Positions 37,873-48,709 of a stretch of 64,000 bases of DNA are shown in pieces. How positions within the stretch are numbered: the first letter of the stretch is position 1; every line of letters begins with the position of its first letter. The DNA lies in assembly GCA_965655095.1 (NCBI GenBank), contig OZ296649.1, positions 4,712,001 through 4,776,000 on the forward strand. The letters run 5' to 3'. The DNA comes from Haplodiscus bocki (Eukaryota). Under the pieces are notes generated by a model. It ran no database searches and was not told the origin of the DNA. It worked only from the letters and a program-made list of their open reading frames with translations. A program made the translations under genes and the position numbers.

Positions 37873-40789
37873 CTGACTACTTTCAACGCTGATCGTTAAA
37901 TCTAAAATCGAAATAGGCTGAAGGTTTTTTCCACTGCAATAGTTTTTCCTAGCTATAGGTGGCTTACAAATTGTTGAATGCATAGCATTCTTCTCTTTTT
38001 AACAAGACTAAAAATTTAGATCCATTTAGCTGTGCTCGAAACTTGTAAAACTGTCAAAACTTCACTCCTGAAGCTTGTATAGGCAATTAAAACATCAACG
38101 CAGTCATCCTTGAATTTTATTAACAAAGTTAAATTGATTCACTCGAGAGATTTTGTCAGAACAGAGTCTGTATTGCAACCCCAAGTCAAGCACACCTGAA
38201 GAAGCAATATTATATTAATGTGTAACTTTTACTTTACTGCTCTGAATAGTTGAACGTGTTTAGACTTGTTTGTGAATCAAGAAAGCAATCATTAGCTAGG
38301 TTAGAATCCTGTGTCGAAGAGGGATCAAAGGAGAATTAATTAATAAGCAAAAGATTCACACCCACCCATTCAGTTAGCAGCAAGTGGAGAGATTTAAAAA
38401 ATTTACTGTGGTCTTAAAAGATTAACCTTTCATTTCACGTGAATTGCTTCAATACCCCCAGGGGGAGTCAGTTTGGATTTGGGCTGAGAAGCAAGACAGA
38501 TAGAGAACAGCTCAGTTAAGGAGTGCTCTTGACGTTAAATTTTCAAGTATTCTTTCAAACGGAATCGTCAATACGGAAGGACATACGTCACAAGAGTCAA
38601 AGCACAAAAAGTGCCAAAAGTTGTCCGATTATATTTGTTGTCAGCATGAGCTGCCTTCGAAATATCAATGCAACCCAAAATGGTTGGATGTCGTGAATAA
38701 TGTAGAAAATACATACTAAACCTTTTCAAAAATCCTCATTATCAATTTCCATCAATCTCCATAATGGAAAGCCTGAAAGTGAAAAAATGAGGACCAGAGC
38801 ATAAAAACATATTCATACATAGTTTATAGGAAATCATGCAAGAATATAGTGATCTCATTTTGCGGCATCATTCTTTCTTTCCTCCGCCGATGTCTGCCAA
38901 TCCCGCTCTTCCGACTTCAAATTTCAATGTGCTAACAATTTTTTTCAACACTTTCATGGCAAAATTCTTCCCATACCAAATTTTTCAGCAAACATCTGTG
39001 CGATACAAGACGATTGCTACCCGACATCAGCGGGATCGATTTTCCAACCTTTCAAGGTTTCTGCAATTGCTTTTGACAGGTTTTTGGGAAAAATTCGAGC
39101 ATTACTTCCCCTCCCATTTATTAAACTTCTAAATTCTTATAATGTTTTTGGTACATAAGCGTTCAATTGGCCAAAATTGGGAATATATGCTGTAGCGGCC
39201 TTCTAATTCATTTCTTTGAGATTTGTTTTTCGATGTGAGAGAATGGATCAATATGTTTGGGCATTAGCAACTTGGGAAAAATGCTTCCGAAAGTTTGTCC
39301 AATTTGATTCCAACTTCCCAATGCTATACCCTGGTATTCGGGTTTTTATTGCCTCATTTCAACGAGAGTGATATGAGGCATTTCTATTTCATCATCTATT
39401 AAACGCCGATGAGTGTCGGAAATTCTTGCAATGAATTTTTGCTCGAGATAAAATGAAAAATAGGTTATTTTCTCACTTGTCATTCAGTTATGCTGTCTTC
39501 AAAACTGTGTAACTTCACTTCTATACATTTAGTCGGAATAGTCTTCCTCTTTGAATACACAGGTCTTTTCTAACATTCACTAGGGTTTATTAAAAGTTAT
39601 GCAATTTGTCCAGTTGCGCGTAATAGAAACCTGCAGCAAGTTTTTTTAACATAATTGTTGAAAATCTTCAGTTGCCCGAACTGTCCAAAATTTTGGGATC
39701 CGACTGTTCGTGTTGGGCTTAAGAGAGGAGGAGGGCTTGATCAAGTGGGTCAGGTGGATTCCCATGGGTGACTTTAAAGCTTACACTCTGACAGCTGAAG
39801 ACCTAAAACACTGAGTAAAACCGAACTAGGCATAGTCCTGGTGATGACTGAAAATTCTCTCACAATCGAAAAATGTAGCATCCCACGGAAAGTCAATTGC
39901 TAATGTCGAGCAAGTCACATCAATGTAATTTTAAAGTACAAATTTATTTTTTCATGGTTCGATTCTATGTCTATCATTCTTTCCATTCTCTCGGGTGTCT
40001 CGTGGGAAAACAAAGAAAGGGCTTGAGTCAAAGTTTTTGAGTCTTAATAAATTCTGGATGCTTTTTTGCATGTTGCAAATGTCTGCAAGCCATGACTTTA
40101 AACTTATGGCTCAAAGTTGACAATTTCAATTCATGAGATTTGCACTGCAATGGCTTAATCTAAGCTTTCGATAACAGTATTTGAAAGAAAAAATATCGCT
40201 AAGTATCTTTCTGTAGTTGTTACTTTTTTTCCCATTCTCCCGACCGTGTATCAAATACTTAAGGTTTTCAATGTAGCAGATTCTTGCTTCGAATTAACCG
40301 TTTGACTCTGTATCTAGTGGGAACAAATTCAAGCGATCGTTTAGCACAAGAACGAACTGAGAACAATGCATTAAAATTCCTCGCTTTCAAAAACTAGTAT
40401 TTTGACACCTAAATATTTAATCATCATGAACCAGTTACTTGTCATTGTGATGCCGGTCACACTCTTTTTCTGTGACAGACAAATCACTGACTAATCGGTT
40501 TACTTTGAACCCTTTAAGCTGGTCATATGCAGGCCATCTGCATTTCTTGAGAAATCCCTCTAATTTTGGTCTAACACAACACTGCTAGGACTACGTGTCA
40601 ACGAAGTACTAGCTTACCTACAGCAAGTTCAACCCTAGAAATTACTCTTTTATCCAATACAGAAAAATCACGTCTAGCATCTCAGTTTCGACCGTGGCAA
40701 CAACATTGTCCACTTCACATCGCACTTCAATTGAGATGTTCCATTCTAGTGTTTGCATTTAGTTTGAGAATTAAATTCGGCCATCGGGT

Positions 40790-40989
40790 NNNNNNNNNNN
40801 NNNNNNNNNNNNNNNNNNNNNNNNNNNNNNNNNNNNNNNNNNNNNNNNNNNNNNNNNNNNNNNNNNNNNNNNNNNNNNNNNNNNNNNNNNNNNNNNNNNN
40901 NNNNNNNNNNNNNNNNNNNNNNNNNNNNNNNNNNNNNNNNNNNNNNNNNNNNNNNNNNNNNNNNNNNNNNNNNNNNNNNNNNNNNNNNN
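40790..40989. other. Assembly gap (N run)
   Basis: Run of 200 n. Confidence 1.
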
Positions 40990-42059
40990 AAAGTGATTGG
41001 TACTCTAGCAAGCTCCGGTTTTGGATAATTTGGAGTTTCTCTTGCAACTACTCTGACCTAGCAGATTTTTTAAATGCTGTTCACTATAGAAGCCTTAGAT
41101 TTTCAAAGAGAAACGGATTTAATGAAAACGCCGATCTAGACGTGCAGTATCACCGTGAGATTTTTCATCACCAAGTGCAGTCACGTGAGAAGACTTTTTT
41201 GGAAGTGAAATTTTCGGATAGAATTTATGAAGTGGAAACTATTCTGAGTCAAGTGTTCCGTGCTAAATAGAATACTGGAATCTCAAACGAAGTAATCAAG
41301 TAAAATTCGTCGCATTCTTGTAACGGAAAGCGTTTGGCCTCGAACTTTTTGTTTTGGTGACGTCAAAATTGCAAAGTGACTTTCAAGATCATTTGCAAGT
41401 CATGTTTGGCGGCCAAATGAACACTCTGATAAATACAAAACCGTGAAGTGAGAAAACGGAGCCCACAGTGAGCCCAAGGCTAGAAAAATTCAAACTTTCC
41501 ATTAATCTACATTGATTTATGGCTATTCTTCAACTGGGAACACCAAACGACGAATTGTTCTTCGATTCCAGGAATGCAAAAGTTTAGAAGGTGTTTACAT
41601 GGTTTGTTTCAGTTTAGATTTAAAGATTCGGCCTGAGGCACTGAATTTTTGTAACGGAAACATTTAGGCTAAGCCTCTGCAACACGAACTTCAAATTTTG
41701 ACGAATTTCATAATATGTGAAAAATTTGAAACCGATTTTTTTTCCATGCTGGACAGGAAAATGAACAACGTGATATCTTAAGGCCGGAAATTATTGACAA
41801 GAAGTAGCATTGACAAAAAAGGTATAAAAAGAGAGCCAGTTGCCAGAGCAGAGCAGTACAATTTGAAATTACCCCTGATAAGTTTTGTATTTATGGACCT
41901 AATATCAATAAATAATATTCTTTGGGAAATTATATTTTCCACCCGCGAGTGAATTTCCACTCACCACAAGGGTATCGCCGAACTCAGTTTTACGTGAAGA
42001 TTTCACATCTTTAGGAGCAATAGCCTGAGTCAAAAAGTTACGTCCTAAGAATACGTGTT

Positions 42060-43050
42060 ATTGATCCATGTGACCGATTCCCTCTCCTCTCTGGAACCCG
42101 ACATGGATAGTTGGACTTCAAATTTGCAAGCGGTTCGGACAGATGAAGATTTTCGGTGGAAAGGAACTGGATCGTTTGTTGTCCACCCTAATGTTAACAG
42201 AGCTTTTAGCAGACTTCCCAAATATACATATTTTGATTGGCGACCACAGACGGATCAGAGAGTAGCCATGACCTGAGATATGGAATATGCAAGATCGTGA
42301 AATTCACCTCAAGATTGTCGGCACCCGGTGCCGGACAGTGCATTCTCACATTGTAGTTCTAGTCCTGATGGCGCGAAAGCCCCCTTGAAAGGTGACAATT
42401 TTGGTGAAAAACTCGAAGCTACCATTCCGGATTAATTGCGACAAGCTGGACAAGCAAAAGAAGATTGCGAAATCATGAAAATGGGCATGCCAAAAAATCC
42501 GCAGCCCCTTTTTGCCGGACCCAGATAACAGACGGACAGAAAGAACGAAACACCATACGTTATTAAACTCTGAAAACTTAAATTTTACGCCAAAATTTTA
42601 CTATATTGAACATATTACAAAAAGTCAATTTTCCTTGGGGAGTAATTTTTTAGATAGTGATTTCGACAAAACACCAACCACTAAGATATTGCCGCAATCA
42701 GTTTCACAAGGTGGTTATAGATATTTAGAAGTTACAGGCTAAGCCAAAGAGTCGTATCCTGGTTAATCCACTTGAACAATTTCCCTTCCTCTTTGGAACC
42801 CAAAAAGGATAGTCGCAGACCAAAACTGCAGACCGTCGGTGAGCCTACGGATTTAGGTGGACCAGAACTGTATCGTTTGTCGTCCACCGTAATGTTAACA
42901 GAGCTTTTAGCAGATTTTTTATGTATAATAATTCTGATTGGCAACCACAGACGTATCAGATAGTAACCGTTACCTGAGATATGGAGTATTCAATATCCTG
43001 GATTTCAATTCAATAATGTTAGTAGCCAGTGTTGGAGAGTGTTTTTCAGG
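42060..43050 (-). repeat. Two diverged direct copies of a ~300 bp module (42060-42350, 42760-43050)
   Basis: Shared blocks GTCCACC.TAATGTTAACAGAGCTTTTAGCAGA, TGATTGGC.ACCACAGACG.ATCAGA and ACCTGAGATATGGA. Confidence 0.75.
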
Positions 43051-45270
43051 GTGTGTTTTAGATACTGAACACTTGAAACCTTCTTGATTGTTACTGTTGA
43101 TTGTAGTACAAGTAATTTTCGCCTATGTTCAAACGTTCAACCTATCACAGCCACAATCCACGATACTGCCCGACAGTACCCCAGGAATTCACAAGTTTTT
43201 GACTTCGTTTTTGCTCAAAATCGTTTCTGGTGAGCTTAGTCATGGCAAGAGTTGCTATCTCCGAGTTCTTCGTCGATGGATTTATGAAAAGTGATTTTAA
43301 AAGTAGTCACTAAGACAAAGGAATAGCAAACACTCCTTTGCGTTCCCACGTCCAACTAATTTTGGTGGCAATCCGTGAGACACCTGACAGAACTCTTAGG
43401 GTTCGAATAAATGTAAATAGGTAGGATCATTAGGCGTCAAAATACGTTTAGTTTGAAACAAAAAAAATTTAGAGATGGTACGGTTTGTCCGTTTGCTGCT
43501 AGCAGCGGAACGCTGCAACAAAGGACAAATAGGAGAAGAAGCGGGAAAGTAGTCGGAAAAGAGCCAGAATTTGAAGACAGAAAAAATGAACACCTTTTAA
43601 AAAATGCCTGAAATGCCCCGCACTACTAAAATAAAACCTCCGTTGGTGCACCCCGTGTTAGGCCAAAAAAAAACGAAAGAAAACCTGAAAAAATAACTTT
43701 CACTGTGATCTTTTTGCTCAAAAGGTTGATTCTCTCAGTTTTTGTTCGATTCAATTTTGACTCACTTCTCGCAGTTGAGATTGGCACCCCAACCTCGGAC
43801 CATCCGTTTCCGATTGGTTCGCAATCCTTCCTTATCCAGGAGCAGTTGTCAACCTGGGGCCAGCTCGGGAATCACCTCACACAACTGAATATCACGCAAA
43901 AGTAACTAGAATAGCCTGTTCAAGAGTCCTTTTTGACGAAAGAGAAAACATATAACCGGCAAAAGAAGATAAATTTGACTCATCACAGAATTGAACCAGC
44001 TTCTGCCGACAGCCACACATTTTCCTTGAAAGTTTCAGGCAAATCAGACCATTTTTTCACAATTTTTTCCCAAAAACGATCAAAACAATCCATCAAGAGG
44101 CTCAACTCCGTGAGAAAATAAATCCAGAGCTCATAGAGTTTTTCTTACCTCATTCGGACCAGTAATAAAAATGTTAGTGCGAATTTTAAACAGTTTAGAA
44201 AACCGCATTCAGAGATCTGCAATCGACTTTTGATGGATCCTACTGCACTATCTTCAGATGTAGCGGCGCTCAAATTGGCTGGAACATAGCTCTATCAATG
44301 TGACTATAGACCAAACCTCAGCCATTCCGGACAATTCCCCAGCGAGAAGCAGCCGAGGACATCAAAAATACCCCAGTTCATATACCAAAAACTAGTTTTG
44401 CGGCCCAACACAACAACCAGTGCCGGAAATGTCCATCCAAGGTCCTTGACCAACCATGTGTTTGCATTCCGAAAGTCATGCCGTTTTGAGAAGCAAAGTT
44501 GATTTGGTCGAACAAAGCTTTGGTCGAACTTTCTGCAAATAAGCATAATCATCCTTGGGCTGAAATTCAATGGGGTCAAATTTGTGTGAGCAAAAATTGC
44601 GCATGGATGTACCCCTCTAACTAAGAACAACCTCGCCTACACAGTTCTATCAACCTGTGATTCTGTTTGGATCTTGTTTTGACCCAAAAAACTTGATCAC
44701 AAAAAAACCGCAGGCGCAAAAGCTCAACTAACAGTTTCGGCGTAAACAAAACGAGATCAAAAATTTTCATCAGTATAAAGAAACGGTGGTACAATAAACT
44801 TGCCATGAGCATCATACCACGTACTTGCACGGCGATTTGAGCTAACCATCTGTGTGACAACATCAAAATCTTAGTCAATTTCGTTCAACTTTTGAATTTC
44901 GGAATATCGAAAAAATGCCTTCCGCCGGAACACCTCAAACAAGCTGGTTTCACTCATGCTCATATGGGGAATCATGAGCAACCGCTGATTGCTTGTGCTC
45001 TGAGTAGCTGACGTGATTTCCGACTTTCGAAAGTTCGAGTGATGAGAGTTAAGAAACTCAGTGAACTTGGTTCAAAATTCAAGAGAGCTTGAATTTCTTC
45101 CCAGTGTCTCAAAAGCCTTAAATTTCGTGATCCAAACTTTTCGAAAGAAGGTGAAAAACTGAGAGGATGGAACGTATCGGTCGGTTTCTGACGATTTGTG
45201 ACCGCTCCAATTTCGACTTTGGAACAGAGATGTTTTTTAATGAGAAAACTGCAAAAATGAAACTCTTTGC

Positions 45271-47035
45271 TGTGATGAGTATGCGTTTGCCGGTCAAAAT
45301 GTGTTTCAGGGACCGGCAATTCACTTACCTCGTCTGGATTGTTATGTCGAGTCTCATCATTTCCATTTGATACACCTTGTGTATTGTTGTTTCCAGATGC
45401 GTTTTCAAAAAAAGCATTGATCCCAACATGTTCCCTACGTTCTGAATTTACGGACACACTCGTCGCAGCCTGTCCTGAAGGTGCATTTTTTGACCTGATC
45501 GCTAGATCAATTTTAGGAGCAACGATGTTTTCAATAGCGATCAAAATTGCATTCTGTATCCTATTTTCAACTGTATCAATGATATTGTTCATTTCTCTAT
45601 CAATCTTTTGTTAAAACACCTATGCAATGTTTTCACATTAACCGTACTTTCGTTAATAACTGAATCATTATTAGAGGTACTAACGGTAAAATCTCGGTAA
45701 TTAGTACCTTCGTTGACCACAGCATTTTCTTGTCTCTCGCTGACGGTGCTGCCAATGATCATATCCTGATCAAAGTCATTTAATTGGCTAAGAAGCCTTT
45801 GGTTTGACTGCCTTTTCTTACGAGTGGAAACCATGTTTGTTTTAATAACTGAATTGTTCTTGAGATTATGAAATTAACAGCAACGTAAGAACTCAATCAT
45901 ATTTTTACAAAACAATGCTTGCTGGGGATTTAAATAACCCGCGAATAAACTGAATCAATTTAAATATTTGTTGCAGTGAACTGTTCTTCAGGAGGGCAGT
46001 TTTTCTTCTGTCTATGGTTTTTTGTCAGTAGTGGGTCACCATTTCCTTCGCCTGACCTAACATTCGTCGACCAATTGGGTGGCACCATCTACTGACGTCA
46101 TGGTCGTCATTCTATTTTTAATCAATACATCAAAGGGCTTAACCCGAGTTTTACATATCATCATCGTGACATCACTTTAATAATAGTAACAAAACAAACT
46201 TCGAAGGAAAATACTGAAAAATCATGACTCAAAAAAATATGGTTATGGAATCTGGATAAATGGTAAAGGTCAAATAAAATCTTGTTTGCATGTATGGTTC
46301 ATATCATGGGTGGTCGTTTATGGTTATAATATAATAGATATGACAAGAATATTGATATTGAACTTCATGCACAGGTTTTAACTCTGAGCTAAAGTATAGT
46401 GGTCAAACGTGGGCACTATGACCGTTTGTTGGCCAGATGGTAATTTTGACTTGAGATTTATTATTAATTAGCACTAGATAGTTTATTATCACATAATTAA
46501 ATAGGCTTATATAAGCACATAGCAACGTCTTCTAGTTGAATATGGTCATTCTTCAACTTTTCTGACTTCGTTTGGCCGTAATTCGCCTTTTGTTTAAAAT
46601 CGACCACTCGCTTTGAGCAAAGTGGTCAAAATTAGGTTCTTGTGACCAATCTTGACCACGCTCCGGCAGCGCTTTTGCTTGGTCAAAATTTGATACGAAT
46701 ACTTGTCTTGACCAATCAAATTTAAGTATAGGACTTCAAACAATTTGAGCGCTATAAACATTTGTTTATAACCTTTCTCTCATGATACAAGCTTCTTTGC
46801 TAATTGTGTAGATTTTGCACAAAATACATAAAAATTCATAGGATCATTTATCTATATATAATATTATATAAATATGTAACTTCAACATGGGGGGATATTT
46901 ATCCAGCGCGTTATTTAACAGTGGTTCTATTAGTTTAGTCTTCAAATAAGGGAAGAGCATATCCCTGTGTGCCCATGTTTCGTCCATTAAGGTTAACGGA
47001 GTAGACTAGGCCGCCACACGCGGCAGCCTGCGACA
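45271..47035 (-). repeat. 3' LTR (1765 bp)
   Basis: Direct repeat of 59251-61017; reads TGTCGC...CATCACA on the minus strand. Confidence 0.97.
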
Positions 47036-47752
47036 CTCCCGGGGGGAGAAAAGTGAAGACTCCGCTCTGAATACCGTCTATGAAAGCGTTTCTTTTGATT
47101 TGGCGTTCCCGTACTGTTTCACCTGGCTGTGCTGTCTGGTTGAGATAGTCGGCTACAGTTTCTTCTATGACTTGGTCATAGGATTTTCCGCAGATCAAGC
47201 AACCTGTCCCCCATTCGTTGCGTTGTGGATGGGGTGCAATGTCAGGTTTTGCAATCCATCAGTGACTGTCGTGATAATGGGGGGTTGTTTAATATAGTTG
47301 GTGACGGTTCGTTGGGAATTTCGTCGGGACGAAAGTTGTCTGATTGCCCACGATTTTCTGGGATCGGAGATTCCGGCGTATCTGGGATGGGTGTTATTTG
47401 CTGGCATAACTGAATTGGAATAGGGTGGCGGTTCGGTGTATCGGGCAAGAATTGGGCGGGGTTGCCTGTTATAGGAGTGAGCATGTCGTCATCTTCGTCA
47501 TCGGAAATTAACGAAGTTGGCGGGGTGATCGAATATTGTGGGGCAGAGGTACCGGACAAAGACATTTGTTCGTGATGTGCCGCTATTAATTCGGTTATTG
47601 CACTGTACGTATCAGGGACGTTGTTCGGTAGTTGCGGGATAGGTGATGAGCAAGGTGAGTCGATTTCACTCTCATCACTGGATAGAAAAATGGGCTGTGT
47701 TTCCATTTCCTGATTTTTGTGAAAATTAAATTGGGAGTTGGTTTCAGCCATG
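46935..47752 (-). pseudogene. Sense-strand Pro/Ser/acidic accessory ORF reading into the 3' LTR (one or two lesions)
   Basis: MAETNSQF...PIFLSSDESEIDSP...PIPDTPESP (ORF 47242-47955), continued by 47195-47407 and 46935-47198. The last ~33 codons lie inside the LTR. Confidence 0.6.
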
Positions 47753-48709
47753 GCTTTCTTTTTGAAATATTGTAACGCCGTGTTTCTAGAAGAGATTCGT
47801 AAACTGAAGCGACTGAGTAGAATGAAAGTTGAAACTATGAATGATTTTAGGGTAAAATTTTGAAAGGTTTTCCTGGGGAAAATAGTGCGGGTTTTTGCCT
47901 TTCGTTGAATTAAAAGGTTTTCTCGGGTTAAGGCGGTTGGGTTAAAAGAAATCATATTTTGATTTTAACCAATTTATTTTGCGGCAATATCAACACTCGA
48001 GTTTTAAGTGGTCATCAATTCCCACGAGTGACCATGTTGATGAAGTTGAAGCGGCACTTCACTTTGATGAATGGAGGCTGACCTTTTTGTAATGTTAAGA
48101 GCCAATCAGCGTGAAGCATGATGAAATTTAATGGAAAATGAAGAAATTGAATGAAGTTTTAGGTACAAAGTAAAAATGGAATTACTGAAGGTCAATATTA
48201 GGCAACTCTGGCAGAAGTTGACCTAAATAGTAAAAATGTAGATAATGTTAGATAGGTAATATCGTGTCAATAGTGACCATAATGTGACAAAATCCATATT
48301 GTACAGCCACGACTCTCTCATCTTTTGAAATTGTTGACATTTGAATTGTTATTGATTATTGTTCTTTGTTTGAATTGCTGATTACCTTATTGTTGATTTA
48401 TTGATTGTTTATTGCTTTGTTTACTGGATTTGTTTTGGATTTCGTCAAATTGTGTTCGAGTGGAGTAAAGGAGGAGCCAGTTTCTGTGGAGATTCAGAAG
48501 GATTTGTCGCTGTTAAGAGAATGGGTGAGTGTTGCTTTTTGATACTATTTATTATGTTGGAATATGTCGAATCAAGAACTGCTTGATGAGTGAAGGCAAT
48601 TTGATTGCTTGGCCAGAGCAATTTTTCTCTCTTCACTTTTGGGAGAACACATGGTAGGTTCGAGTTTAAACAACCACGTGCTTCCGCTTACGGATATCCG
48701 GTTGTCGAA

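Noticed and set aside
40727-41270. ORFs of 106 and 179 aa
   Set aside because: They span an N-gap and the flanking peptides have no recognisable motif.
37900-42000. Possible host gene or further TE in the interval between element A and the Gypsy element
   Set aside because: Only short ORFs without motifs and no consistent exon chain; cannot be assigned by eye.
43100-45270. Identity of the DNA the Gypsy element inserted into (continues at 61018-61300)
   Set aside because: It looks like decayed coding sequence, but I could not recognise a family.
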